DNA from: Brevibacterium luteolum
GTDB lineage: Bacteria; Actinomycetota; Actinomycetes; Actinomycetales; Brevibacteriaceae
Reading direction: 5' to 3'
Length of the DNA: 64,000 nt
Assembly (NCBI RefSeq): GCF_013004595.1
Contig: NZ_JABEMC010000001.1
Coordinates: 248,001-312,000 of the forward strand
Under the pieces are notes generated by a model. It was given only the letters and a program-made list of their open reading frames with translations. It had not been told where the DNA came from and ran no database searches. Numbering within the stretch: the stretch's first letter is position 1; each line of letters opens with the position of its first letter. Made by a program: the position numbers and the translations under genes. Of the stretch, positions 43,647-53,590 are shown one piece after another.

Positions 43647-44537
43647 ATGGCGATGAACTGGACGCTCGTGCAGCTGCGCGCCTTCGTCGCCGTCGCCGAG
43701 CTCGGCACCATGAGCGCGGCCGCCCGCGCGCTCGGTTACACGCCCGGGGCGGTGAGCCAGCACATGGCGACCCTGCGCCGGGTCATCGGCGCCGATCTGC
43801 TCGTCGCCGCCGGTCGCGGCTTCACCCTCACCGAGGCCGGCCGCACCCTGCTCGAGCGTGCGCGGGCGGTCATCGCCGCTGAGGAGCAGGCCGCCGAGGC
43901 GGTGCGCGGTCAGGACTTCGGTCGCGTCGGCGCGGTGACCCTGGGGGTGTTCGGCTCGGCTTCGGTCGTCGCCTTCGCCGCCGCGGCCAGCCGGTTGACC
44001 GGCTCGGGCGTGCAGGCCCGTGAGATCGATGTCGAGCACATGCCCGAGGCGGTGCTCGCCGGCCGCATCGACGTCGGCATCGGCATCGATTATCCGGCCG
44101 CTCCGATTGCCCCGCAGCGCGGGTTGCGGGTCAAGCGCGTGCACAGCGAGGAGTTCTCCGTCGTCGCCCCTGCCGGGCAGGCGCCGTCGCATGAGGAGCT
44201 TGCCGGTGGCACGTGGATTCTGCCGCCGAGCCGGTCGCTGCAGGGCCGGGCGGTCCGCTTCGCGATCGCAGGCCTCGGGTTCGCCGCCCGCGAGACCCAC
44301 ATCATCACTGACACCTCCGTGGCCCTGGCGATGGTGCACTCAGGGCTCGGCTACACGCTCGGCACCCCGGTCATGATGGCGCTCGCCCCGGGCGGGCTGC
44401 AGCTGGTCGACGGCACCGAGGCAGGCGGCCGGCACATCGTCGTCATCAGCCGGGAGGAGCAGGCCGACCGGCCCGACATCACCGCCGTCACCGATGTGCT
44501 CACCGAGGTCTTCGCCTCGGGCGCGGGGATACGATGA
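43647..44537 (+). CDS. LysR family transcriptional regulator
   Basis: QLRAFVAVAELGTMSAAARALGYTPGAVSQH HTH; LTEAGR. Confidence 0.93.
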   Translation: MAMNWTLVQLRAFVAVAELGTMSAAARALGYTPGAVSQHMATLRRVIGADLLVAAGRGFTLTEAGRTLLERARAVIAAEEQAAEAVRGQDFGRVGAVTLGVFGSASVVAFAAAASRLTGSGVQAREIDVEHMPEAVLAGRIDVGIGIDYPAAPIAPQRGLRVKRVHSEEFSVVAPAGQAPSHEELAGGTWILPPSRSLQGRAVRFAIAGLGFAARETHIITDTSVALAMVHSGLGYTLGTPVMMALAPGGLQLVDGTEAGGRHIVVISREEQADRPDITAVTDVLTEVFASGAGIR

Positions 44538-44541
44538 GCCC

Positions 44542-45141
44542 ATGAGCTACCAGCACCAGTGGGCGCAGATGATCGCCAAGGATCCCGAGCACTCGCACCG
44601 CTACGCCGAGCGCTGGCGCAGCCTCGCCGCCGCCGGCCACGACCTCGACGGCGAGGCCCGGCTCATCGACGCGATGGCCGAACGCGGAAGCCGCATCCTC
44701 GACGCCGGCTGCGGCACCGGCCGAGTCGGAGCATACCTGGCTGAGCGCGGCCACAGCATCGTCGGCATCGACCTCGACGAGGTGCTCATCAGCGAGGCGC
44801 GCGAGACCTGTCCGGCAGGCGAATGGCACGTCGGCGACCTCGCCGAGACCGGCCCCGAGCAGCTCGGCGACGGCTTCGACATCGCCGCCAGCGCCGGCAA
44901 CGTCATGACCTTCCTCGACCCCGCCTCCCGCTCAGCCGTCATCGCCAACCTCGCCTCCGTGCTCGCCCCCGGCGGGCGGCTCATCACCGGTTTCGGCGCC
45001 GGCCGCGGCTACGACTTCGACGAATACGCCGACGACCTCACGCAGGCCGGCCTGCGCATCGAGCACCGCTTCGCGACCTGGACGCTGCAGCCGTTCGCAG
45101 CCGACAGCGACTTCCTCGTCTGCGTCTCCGTCCGGGCCTGA
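44542..45141 (+). CDS. Class I SAM-dependent methyltransferase
   Basis: ILDAGCGTGR, GIDLD, L.PGGRL. Confidence 0.92.
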   Translation: MSYQHQWAQMIAKDPEHSHRYAERWRSLAAAGHDLDGEARLIDAMAERGSRILDAGCGTGRVGAYLAERGHSIVGIDLDEVLISEARETCPAGEWHVGDLAETGPEQLGDGFDIAASAGNVMTFLDPASRSAVIANLASVLAPGGRLITGFGAGRGYDFDEYADDLTQAGLRIEHRFATWTLQPFAADSDFLVCVSVRA

Positions 45142-45153
45142 ACACGGCGGGTG

Positions 45154-45957
45154 TCACGACCCGATCGTGAAGATGAAGTTCCAGGTCCCAGCCGCCACCG
45201 CCGCACCGATCGTGACGGCAGCGGCGATGATCGCACCGGCGACGAGGGCTCCGTCGCGGGGATGGAATGTCGAGCCCCGCGCCCACGTGCGGTTCTGCGC
45301 ACCGAAGCCGCGGCCCTCCATCGCCATCGCCAGCCGGGTGCCGCGCCGGATCGCCTGCACGAGCAGTGCGAACGAGGTCTGGAAGAACCCGCCGATCCGG
45401 GCGAACACGTTCCCGCCGGCCACACCTCGGGCCCGGCGCGCCTGCGCAAGCGTCTGCCATTCGGCGATGAACAGGGTCACGAGCCGGGCGGCGGCGAGTG
45501 CCGCGAGCACGAAGGTCGCCGGCAGCCGCAGGTGCTGGATGAGGCTGTCGGCCAGGTCGGTCGGGTCGATCGTCGCGATGAGCATGACCGCCGGCAGCGC
45601 GAGCGCGAGCGCGCGCAGCGCCACCGCAGCACCCATCGTCAGCGAGTCGCTGGTGAGCAGCAGAGGGCCGGCATCGACGATGACGGTGCCGGTCTTCTGC
45701 GACAGCAGCGCGGTGCCCCAGCCGGCCATGAGCGCGGCCAGCGGCAGGAACCACAGCCGCTTGACGAGCACGGCCAGGTCGAGGCCGGTGAGCGGCAGCA
45801 TGAGGATGACGAGTCCGAGCATGACCGCGGCGGAGACGACGTCGATGCTGAGCACGACCGCGATGGCGAGCACTGCACCGGCGGCGAGCTTGGCGACTGG
45901 ATTGCAGCGCACGAGCGGGGTCTCCCGGACGACGGGGACGAGGAGGTAGGCGTTCAT
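45154..45957 (-). CDS. ykoC: ECF transporter T component (YkoC-like)
   Basis: NPVAKL, ARRARG and AMEGRGF T-component motifs. Confidence 0.88.
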   Translation of the reverse strand: MNAYLLVPVVRETPLVRCNPVAKLAAGAVLAIAVVLSIDVVSAAVMLGLVILMLPLTGLDLAVLVKRLWFLPLAALMAGWGTALLSQKTGTVIVDAGPLLLTSDSLTMGAAVALRALALALPAVMLIATIDPTDLADSLIQHLRLPATFVLAALAAARLVTLFIAEWQTLAQARRARGVAGGNVFARIGGFFQTSFALLVQAIRRGTRLAMAMEGRGFGAQNRTWARGSTFHPRDGALVAGAIIAAAVTIGAAVAAGTWNFIFTIGS

Positions 45958-47438
45958 GCGCGCACCGCCTGTCCGCGGCCGAAGAGCATCCGCTCAGCGG
46001 CGATCGCCTGGAGGAACTCCGCATCATGGCTGACGGTCAGCAGCGCGGTCCCAGCATCGAGCAGCTCGCAGCTGAGCGCCGCGAGCTCCCGCCACGTGTT
46101 CGCATCCTGGCCGAAGGTCGGTTCGTCGATGATGAGCACCGGCGGGCGGGTCGCCATCATGCACGCCACCGACAGCCGCCGCTTCTCCCCACCGGAGAGC
46201 GTGTGCGGATGCGCATGCGCCAGCCGGGTCAGCCGCAGGCGTTCGAGCAGCTCGGCCACCCGCGCCTCGGTTTCGGCCTGGGCACAACCGGCCTGGCGCG
46301 GACCCAGCCGCAGCTCATCGGCGACCGTGGTCGTGAGGAACTGATGCTCCGGCTCCTGGAACACCGTGCCGATCCGGGCGACGAGGTCAGCCGCCGGCCA
46401 CCGGTGCGGGTCGTCGCGGCGGGGCGCCCCGCGCCCGAGGTCGAGCAGCCGCGGCGTGGCCCGTACCCTCCCAGCACGGGCAGGCAGCAGGCCGCCGAGG
46501 GTGAGCGCGGTCGTCGACTTGCCAGCTCCGTTGTGCCCGACGAGTGCGAGCGCCTGGCCTTCGGCGAGGTCGACGCTGAGGTCACTGACGGCGACCGGGC
46601 CACGGCGGGAGCGGGCGACGGCGAGCTTCTCGGCCTCCAGCAGCACCGCACCCGCCGGCCGCGGGACGCGCGGCTGGGGGAGTGCGGCACCAGGCAGCCA
46701 GACCCCAGCGCCAGCCAGGGTGCCGCGCAACGCCGGGTCGTGCAGCACCGCATCGGGCGCACCGTCGGCGACCAGCCCGGACTCGCCGAGCACGATGATC
46801 CGGTCGACGTGATCGGCCCAGATGTCGACCCGGTGTTCGACGATGAGCAGGGTCGCACCAGAGGCGGCCTGCGCGTCGAGAACCGCCTGGCACACCTCGG
46901 GAACGGCGGCCGGATCGATGTTGGCCGTCGGCTCGTCGAGCACCATGAGCCCGGGAGCCATGGCGAGCACGCCGGCCAGAGCAAGGCGCTGCTTCTGCCC
47001 GCCGGACAGCGCCGACGTCGGATGATCCCACGGCAGATCGAGGCCGACGGTGGACAGCGCCTTGCGGGCGCGGGCGGGCATCGCGGCCGGGTCGACGCCG
47101 GTGTTCTCCATCCCGAAGCACACATCGTCGCCGAGCCGGGCGAGCACCACCTGCGCGTCCGGGTCCTGCAGGACGAGCCCGGTGGTGCCCGAGGTGGGAT
47201 CCGGTGGGCGGCCGCCGACGAGCAGCTCGCCGGTCCGGTACCCGGACTCGGCCGGCAGGACTCCTGCGATCGCATGCAGCAGCGTCGACTTCCCAGCCCC
47301 TGAGGAGCCGAGCAGCAGGACGCGCTCACCGGCCTCGATGCGCAGGTCGATGTCGCTGACAGCGGCGCGCTTGCGCCCGGAGTGCCGCCAGCCGAAGCCG
47401 CGGGCGAGGACGTCGACGCCGCGGGTCGCGGCGGCCAT
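45954..47438 (-). CDS. ykoD: Duplicated ABC ATPase of ECF transporter (YkoD-like)
   Basis: Two Walker A motifs (GSSGAGKS, GHNGAGKS), two LSGG and two DEPT. Confidence 0.9.
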   Translation of the reverse strand: MAAATRGVDVLARGFGWRHSGRKRAAVSDIDLRIEAGERVLLLGSSGAGKSTLLHAIAGVLPAESGYRTGELLVGGRPPDPTSGTTGLVLQDPDAQVVLARLGDDVCFGMENTGVDPAAMPARARKALSTVGLDLPWDHPTSALSGGQKQRLALAGVLAMAPGLMVLDEPTANIDPAAVPEVCQAVLDAQAASGATLLIVEHRVDIWADHVDRIIVLGESGLVADGAPDAVLHDPALRGTLAGAGVWLPGAALPQPRVPRPAGAVLLEAEKLAVARSRRGPVAVSDLSVDLAEGQALALVGHNGAGKSTTALTLGGLLPARAGRVRATPRLLDLGRGAPRRDDPHRWPAADLVARIGTVFQEPEHQFLTTTVADELRLGPRQAGCAQAETEARVAELLERLRLTRLAHAHPHTLSGGEKRRLSVACMMATRPPVLIIDEPTFGQDANTWRELAALSCELLDAGTALLTVSHDAEFLQAIAAERMLFGRGQAVRA

Positions 47439-48079
47439 CAGACTTCTCGCGCGCTGCGTCCGGACGCGAAGGCGCCCAGCGCACCGGTGCGGGCGATCGC
47501 CTTGAGCGCGAACCACGAGACGAGGCCGGCGAGCACCATGCCGGAGATGCCGGCGAAGGCGGTGTAGAGCGCCTTGTGCTCAAACGTCCAGGCGGCGTTG
47601 TAGAGGATGTTCTCGCCGATCGCCAGCGACAGCCCGGCACCCAGGCCGGCGAACAGCGTGGCGATGAAGGTGTAGCGGCGGTAGCGTAGCGAGGCGAAGA
47701 TGATCTCAGCGCCGAAGCCCTGGATGAGCCCGGAGACGATGACCATGAGCCCGAAGTAGTTGCCCGGCACCGCCGAGACAATCGCAGCGAGCACCTCGAC
47801 GTACAGCGCTGCACCGGGCTTGCGGATGATGAGCCCGCCGAGCACGCCGCCGAGCACCCACACGCCGGTCAGCAGTCCCTTCGTCGGCGGGTAGAGGGCC
47901 TGGAACGGGGCGCTGATCGTCTCCCAGGAGTTCGACCAGGCCCAGAACACGATGCCGATCGCGACGGCGAGCACGGAGGCGACGACAATGTCGACGACCC
48001 TCCAGCGCATCGTCGCCGGAACTCCGGCAGGCATGTTGTTGGGTTCGTGATGGGTGTGGCGGGTCTGGACGTCAGACAT
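47438..48079 (-). CDS. ykoE: ECF S component for thiamine/HMP (YkoE-like)
   Basis: WRVVDIVVA, IRKPGAA, QG.GAE, TGAL..F motifs; downstream of a TPP riboswitch. Confidence 0.9.
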   Translation of the reverse strand: MSDVQTRHTHHEPNNMPAGVPATMRWRVVDIVVASVLAVAIGIVFWAWSNSWETISAPFQALYPPTKGLLTGVWVLGGVLGGLIIRKPGAALYVEVLAAIVSAVPGNYFGLMVIVSGLIQGFGAEIIFASLRYRRYTFIATLFAGLGAGLSLAIGENILYNAAWTFEHKALYTAFAGISGMVLAGLVSWFALKAIARTGALGAFASGRSAREV

Positions 48080-48121
48080 CGCAAATCCTCCTTCAATCAG
48101 GCAAGGAGGGGTGAAGAGACT

Positions 48122-48210
48122 CGACTTCCTCCGGCGGTATGAACCGCGTCAGGTTCGAGGGTCTGCAACTGTGCACTCTCAGCGCTCCTCATGAGCGCTC
48201 CCCTGTCGTC
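48122..48210 (-). ncRNA. TPP riboswitch
   Basis: Minus strand GACAGGGGAGCGC...GCGCTGAGAGTGC...GCAGACCCTCGAACCTGA.GCGGTTCATACCGCCGGAGGAAGTC: conserved CTGAGA, ACCC, AACCTGA and CATACC..G.AGG elements. Confidence 0.93.
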
Positions 48211-48214
48211 GCGT

Positions 48215-48754
48215 CTACGGTAGCAGACCCATGTACGCCAGGGCGGCTTTGACGATGTGCTCCTGTCCGTGGTTCATCTCCGCCACGATGTCCTCGCGCA
48301 GTGCTTCGTCCGGGGTCAGCCAGTCGAGGCTGAGCGCATCCTGGCGCGGTGTGCACTCACCCTGCACCGGCAGGATGTAGCACAGGGCGATCGCATGCTG
48401 GCGCGGATCGTGGAGCTTGGAGGCACCTTCGGTCGGGAAGTACTCGGCGACGTGGAACGGGTTGAGCGAGCTCGGCAGCGACGGAAACGCCAGCGGCCCG
48501 AGGTCCTTCTCGGCATGGCGCATGAGCGCCGCCCACAGGGTCTCGTGGAAGCGCACCCGCCCGCCGATCACCTCGCGCACGAGCGAGCCGTCATCGCCGG
48601 TGCGCAGCAGCAGCCCGACCTTCTCCGGCACACCGTGGTCGTCAAGCAGCACCGGCACCGCATTGATGTAGGCCATCGGCAGGCGTCTGCGCAGCCGGGC
48701 CAGCTCATCGGGTTCGAGCCAGTTCTCATCGAAAGCCAAAGCGGTGCGTGTCAT
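48215..48754 (-). CDS. NUDIX-like hydrolase (DUF4916 type)
   Basis: LP..Y..AVPV, GRV...ET...AL.RH.EKDLG, AEYFP, DPRQHA, PRQDAL. Confidence 0.85.
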   Translation of the reverse strand: MTRTALAFDENWLEPDELARLRRRLPMAYINAVPVLLDDHGVPEKVGLLLRTGDDGSLVREVIGGRVRFHETLWAALMRHAEKDLGPLAFPSLPSSLNPFHVAEYFPTEGASKLHDPRQHAIALCYILPVQGECTPRQDALSLDWLTPDEALREDIVAEMNHGQEHIVKAALAYMGLLP

Positions 48755-48854
48755 AGTCCCATGGTTCCACACGGGCTCTGGTCAGGCCAGACTCCAGGCG
48801 CATGTCCGCAGGAGCGGGAAGCGTGAACCGCCGGGGCTGCGATAGGTTCGGGGC

Positions 48855-49796
48855 ATGAGCGATGACATGAACGAGCAGCCCACCGGCGCCGACCAGCATC
48901 TCGCCGACGAGATCAGCGCCCACTACCACCCGATCGCCATGACCCTCTTCGGCCTCCTGGACGCCGAGGACCAGATCGACCAGCCCGAATCGCAGGCTGT
49001 CGACGCCGCCCAGATCGCCGAGGTGTCGGTCGTGGCCGCCGCGCTGCGGATCTGGCACTGGGTCGCCTCCGGTCCGAACGCGCAGCGCCCGGCCGCCGAG
49101 ACCGGCGAGCTGAGCGGTGAGGAGCTCGCCGCTGTCGCCGAACTCGCCGGACTCGAAGAGGCCGGTGGCGCCAAGACGCTGGCTGAGCTGCCGCTGACCG
49201 AGCGGGCCTGGGCGACGCTGCTGCTGACCGGCATGCTCGAACAGGCCGGGTCTGAGTCGGTGACCGTCGGCCTGCCCGAGCTGTTCGGCCCCGTCGCCGA
49301 GGCGGTGGCTGCCGGCCGTGCGATCGAGCCCAGTGACGAGCAGGCCGGGGCGCTCGCCCGCTGGCTCAGCGTCTGGGCGCTCGCCGCGGCGAACCACTGG
49401 CAGCAGGTCAACACCCAGGTCACCGGCGCCGGTGACCTCGATATCCCGCTGTTCTCGACCCTGGCGATGTACCTCGGTGCCGGCGGGCGGGTGAGCCTGC
49501 CCGAATCCGAGCAGATCCACGCTGTGCTCGAGACCGACGAGCGGCTCAAGGCCCACACCGCCGAGTTCTTCCGGCTCCTCGGCTACGCCCCGGAGACGAT
49601 CTCCGGGGAGAGCTTCGCCCATGTCGTGCTCGCCGGCACGTCTGAGACCCTGCTGCGGATCCTCGGCGACTGGCGCTCCGGCGGCGTGCTCATCGACGCC
49701 GGAGACAGCAAGCTCCGGGCGCATCCGGGAGCCCGGCTGTCGCTCATCACCCTCGTCTCGATCATCCAGGGCACCGGACAGCCGGCAGAGGACTGA
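48855..49796 (+). CDS. Hypothetical acidic protein
   Basis: 313-aa ORF with host-like codon use; TAGGTT shortly before the ATG (leaderless geometry). No family recognised. Confidence 0.75.
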   Translation: MSDDMNEQPTGADQHLADEISAHYHPIAMTLFGLLDAEDQIDQPESQAVDAAQIAEVSVVAAALRIWHWVASGPNAQRPAAETGELSGEELAAVAELAGLEEAGGAKTLAELPLTERAWATLLLTGMLEQAGSESVTVGLPELFGPVAEAVAAGRAIEPSDEQAGALARWLSVWALAAANHWQQVNTQVTGAGDLDIPLFSTLAMYLGAGGRVSLPESEQIHAVLETDERLKAHTAEFFRLLGYAPETISGESFAHVVLAGTSETLLRILGDWRSGGVLIDAGDSKLRAHPGARLSLITLVSIIQGTGQPAED

Positions 49797-49922
49797 ACCG
49801 GCAGGGCATCAGCGCAGGCCAGCGGGCTGGCCGCGCAGCTGGGACGGGACCCGGTGAGCGAGGCCATATGTGCGCGTGGCATCCTAGAGAACGTACGGCG
49901 TTTGTGCTGCCCCTGCTCATGT

Positions 49923-49944
49923 TTTATCTTGATATCAAGATAAA
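49923..49944. promoter_or_regulatory. Perfect 22-bp palindrome upstream of prpD (TamR/MarR-like operator)
   Basis: TTTATCTTGATATCAAGATAAA is its own reverse complement. Confidence 0.75.
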
Positions 49945-50066
49945 GTGTGGCGTGGCGCTCAGCCCGCGCCGCTCATACAGTTGAATGCAGCCCGCGAACA
50001 CCTCGGGCCCTGACGGTCAGCGTCGCCGACACCTCGGCTGCCGACGTCGAGATAAGGAGAATCTCC

Positions 50067-51563
50067 ATGATCAACCATGAAGTCCGCACGTATAAGAGCT
50101 CGGAAAACCTCCCCCGCGAAGATCAGCTGGCCTGGAAGATCGCAGAAGTCGCATCCGATCCCGTCGCCGTCGAAGCCGACGTGACCGACATGGTCATCAA
50201 CCGCATCATCGACAACGCCGCCGTCGCCGCCGCCTCGGTCCGCCGTGACGCACCGACCCACGCCCGCGAGCAGGCGCTGCCGCACAAGTCCAAGCCCGGC
50301 GCCACCGTGTTCGGCCAGCCGCTCGACGACACCGTCTCCCCGGAATGGGCCGCCTGGGCCAACGGCGTGGCCGTGCGCGAGCTCGACTTCCACGACACCT
50401 TCCTCGCCAAGGACTACTCGCACCCCGGTGACAACATCCCGGCCATCCTCGCTGTCGCCCAGCACCTCGGCATCGACGGCAAGGACCTCGTCAACGGCAT
50501 CGCCACCGGCTACGAGATCCAGGTCGACCTCGTCAAGGGCATCTGCCTGCACGAGCACAAGATCGACCACGTCGCCCACCTCGGCCCCTCTGCCGCAGCC
50601 GGCATCGGTGCGATGCTGCACCTGCCGACCGAGGTGACCTTCCAGGCCGTGCAGCAGGCACTGCACGTCACCACCGCCACCCGCCAGTCCCGCAAGGGCG
50701 AGATCTCCTCGTGGAAGGCCCACGCACCGGCATTCGCCGCCAAGATGGCCGTCGAGGCCGTCGACCGCGCGATGCGCGGCGAAGGCGCCCCGAGCCCGAT
50801 CTACGAAGGCGAGGACGGCTTCATCGCCTGGATCCTCTCCGGCCCCGAGGCCCGCTACACCGTGCCGCTGCCCGAGAAGGGCGAAGCCAAGCGCGCGATC
50901 CTCGACACCTACACCAAGGAGCACTCGGCTGAGTACCAGGCCCAGGCGCTCATCGACCTCGCCCGCAAGATGGGCAAGGAGATCGACGATCTGACCAAGA
51001 TCAAGAAGATCGTCATCCACACCTCGCACCACACCCACAACGTCATCGGCACCGGCGCCAACGACCCTCAGAAGATGGACCCGAAGGCCTCCCGCGAGAC
51101 GCTGGACCACTCGATCATGTACATCTTCGCCGTCGCCATGGAGGACCAGGGCTGGCACCACGAGGACTCCTACGCTCCCGAGCGCGCCGCCCGTCCCGAG
51201 ACCGTCGCGCTGTGGCACAAGATCGAGACCACCGAAGATCCCGAGTGGACCCGCCGCTACCACTCGACCGACCCCGACGAGATGGCCTTCGGCGGCCGCG
51301 TTGAGATCGAGTTCGAGGACGGCTCGACGATGGTCGACGAGATCGCCGTCGCCGACGCCCACCCGAATGGTGCGCGCCCGTTCGTCCGCGAGGACTACGT
51401 CGAGAAGTTCCGCACCCTGGCCAAGGGCATCATCGCCGACGAGGAGCAGGACCGCTTCCTCGACCTCGTCCAGCGCCTGCCGGAGCTGTCTGCCGATGAG
51501 GTCCGCGAACTGTCCTTCGTCGTCGAGGGCCTCGAGCACACCGGATCGAAGGGAATCTTCTGA
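50067..51563 (+). CDS. prpD: 2-methylcitrate dehydratase
   Basis: [40 protein letters not shown]. Confidence 0.96.
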   Translation: MINHEVRTYKSSENLPREDQLAWKIAEVASDPVAVEADVTDMVINRIIDNAAVAAASVRRDAPTHAREQALPHKSKPGATVFGQPLDDTVSPEWAAWANGVAVRELDFHDTFLAKDYSHPGDNIPAILAVAQHLGIDGKDLVNGIATGYEIQVDLVKGICLHEHKIDHVAHLGPSAAAGIGAMLHLPTEVTFQAVQQALHVTTATRQSRKGEISSWKAHAPAFAAKMAVEAVDRAMRGEGAPSPIYEGEDGFIAWILSGPEARYTVPLPEKGEAKRAILDTYTKEHSAEYQAQALIDLARKMGKEIDDLTKIKKIVIHTSHHTHNVIGTGANDPQKMDPKASRETLDHSIMYIFAVAMEDQGWHHEDSYAPERAARPETVALWHKIETTEDPEWTRRYHSTDPDEMAFGGRVEIEFEDGSTMVDEIAVADAHPNGARPFVREDYVEKFRTLAKGIIADEEQDRFLDLVQRLPELSADEVRELSFVVEGLEHTGSKGIF

Positions 51564-52468
51564 TGCTCGGCGCCACAACACCAGCAGCTCAGCGCCGCAA
51601 GCGGTTCCGCGAACTGCTCGCCGGCAGCGAGATCGTCCAGTTCCCGGGCGCGATCAACCCGATCAACGCCCAGATCATCGAGCAGCTCGGCTTCGAAGGC
51701 GTCTACATCTCCGGCGGTGCGTTCTCCGCAGCGCAGGGCCTGCCCGACATCGGGCTCACGACGCTGACCGAGGTCGTCGCCCACGGCCGCAACATCTCGC
51801 GGGTGACGAACCTGCCGACCTTCATCGACGCCGACACCGGCTGGGGCGAGGCGATGAACGTCGCCCGCACCGTCCAGGAGTTCGAGGACGCAGGCCTGGC
51901 GGGCATGCACCTGGAGGACCAGGTCAACCCCAAGCGCTGCGGCCACCTCGACGGCAAGGAGGTCGTGAGCACCTCCGAGATGGTCAAGCGGATCTCCGCG
52001 GCCGTCAAGGGCCGCCGAGATGAGAACTTCGTCATCTGCGCCCGCACCGACGCCCGCGCCGGAGAGGGCCTTGATGCCGCGATCGACCGGGCGAAGGCCT
52101 ACGCCGACGCCGGCGCGGACCTCATCTTCCCCGAGGCCATGCGGGACCTGTCAGAATTCGAGACCTTCGCCTCGGCGGTGGACGTCCCGATCCTGGCCAA
52201 TATGACCGAATTCGGCAAGAGCGAACTGTTCACCACCGAACAGCTCGCCGGTGCCGGCGTGCGGCTCGTCATCTACCCGGTGACGACGCTGCGCATCGCG
52301 ATGGGCGCCATCAAGCGCGGACTCGAGACGATCCGCGCCGAAGGCACCCAGGAAAGCATCGTCGAGGGCATGCAGACGCGTGCCGACCTGTACGAGACCA
52401 TCGACTACGGTGCGTACAACGACTTCGATGCAGACATCTTCAACTTCTCACAGGAGGGTCACCAGTGA
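51563..52468 (+). CDS. prpB: 2-methylisocitrate lyase
   Basis: DADTGWG, LEDQ..PKRCGHL, ARTDA, NMTEFG. Confidence 0.97.
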   Translation: MLGATTPAAQRRKRFRELLAGSEIVQFPGAINPINAQIIEQLGFEGVYISGGAFSAAQGLPDIGLTTLTEVVAHGRNISRVTNLPTFIDADTGWGEAMNVARTVQEFEDAGLAGMHLEDQVNPKRCGHLDGKEVVSTSEMVKRISAAVKGRRDENFVICARTDARAGEGLDAAIDRAKAYADAGADLIFPEAMRDLSEFETFASAVDVPILANMTEFGKSELFTTEQLAGAGVRLVIYPVTTLRIAMGAIKRGLETIRAEGTQESIVEGMQTRADLYETIDYGAYNDFDADIFNFSQEGHQ

Positions 52469-53589
52469 CCGAGAACGACATCAAGAAGGGCCTGGCAGGC
52501 GTCGTCGTCGACACCACGGCTGTCTCCAAGGTCGTCCAGGAGACCAACTCGCTGACCTACCGCGGTTACCCCGTCCAGGAGCTGGCCGCCAACTGCACCT
52601 TCGAGGAGGTCGCCTACCTCATCTGGAACGGTGAGCTGCCGACCAAGGACCAGCTGGCCGAGTTCACCGAGCGTGAGCGCTCCCAGCGCCAGGTCGATGA
52701 CAAGCTCGTCGACCTCATCCTCGGCCTGCCGAAGGACTGCCACCCGATGCACGTCGTGCAAACCGCCGTCGCCTACCTCGGCGCCGTCGACCCGGAGGCA
52801 GACGTCGAAGGCGAGGAGGCCAACCGCGCCAAGTCCGAGCGTCTCTACGCACAGCTGCCGACGATCGTCGCCATCGATCACCGCCGCCGCCACGGCCTCG
52901 ACCCGGTCGCCCCGACGACCGACCTGTCCTACGCCGCGAACTTCTTCAAAATGGTCTTCGACGAAGTCCCGGCCGAAGAGGTCGTGCGCTGCTTCGACAT
53001 CTCGATGATCCTCTACGCCGAGCACTCCTTCAACGCTTCGACGTTCACCGCCCGCGTCATCACCTCGACGACGTCCGACCTGTACTCGGCCGTCGCCGGT
53101 GCTGTCGGTGCACTCAAGGGACCGCTGCACGGCGGCGCCAACGAGGCCGTCATGGCGATGCTCGAAGAGGTCGGCACCGCCGACAAGGCCTCGGCATGGA
53201 TCGACAACGCCCTGGCCAACAAGCAGAAGATCATGGGCTTCGGACACCGCGTCTACAAGAACGGCGACTCGCGCGTGCCCACCATGCGCGCCGCCTTCGA
53301 GGACATGGTCCAGGCCAAGGGAGCAGACGACCTGCTCGCCCTCTACAACGCCTTCGAAGAGGACTTCGTGTCCCGCAAGGGCATCTACCCCAACCTCGAC
53401 TACCCGTCGGGACCGGCCTACCACCTCATGGGCTTCGACACCGAGCAGTTCACGCCGATCTTCGTGATGGCCCGCATCACCGGCTGGACTGCCCACATCA
53501 TGGAGCAGCAGGCCAATAACGCACTCATCCGCCCGCTCTCGGCCTACAGCGGCGAAGAGCAGCGCGAAGTCCCGGCAGACCGCGGCTGA
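52465..53589 (+). CDS. prpC: 2-methylcitrate synthase
   Basis: LTYRGY, HPM, AEHSFNAST, GPLHGGANE, GFGHRVYK, PNLD. Confidence 0.96.
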   Translation: MTENDIKKGLAGVVVDTTAVSKVVQETNSLTYRGYPVQELAANCTFEEVAYLIWNGELPTKDQLAEFTERERSQRQVDDKLVDLILGLPKDCHPMHVVQTAVAYLGAVDPEADVEGEEANRAKSERLYAQLPTIVAIDHRRRHGLDPVAPTTDLSYAANFFKMVFDEVPAEEVVRCFDISMILYAEHSFNASTFTARVITSTTSDLYSAVAGAVGALKGPLHGGANEAVMAMLEEVGTADKASAWIDNALANKQKIMGFGHRVYKNGDSRVPTMRAAFEDMVQAKGADDLLALYNAFEEDFVSRKGIYPNLDYPSGPAYHLMGFDTEQFTPIFVMARITGWTAHIMEQQANNALIRPLSAYSGEEQREVPADRG

Positions 53590-53590
53590 C

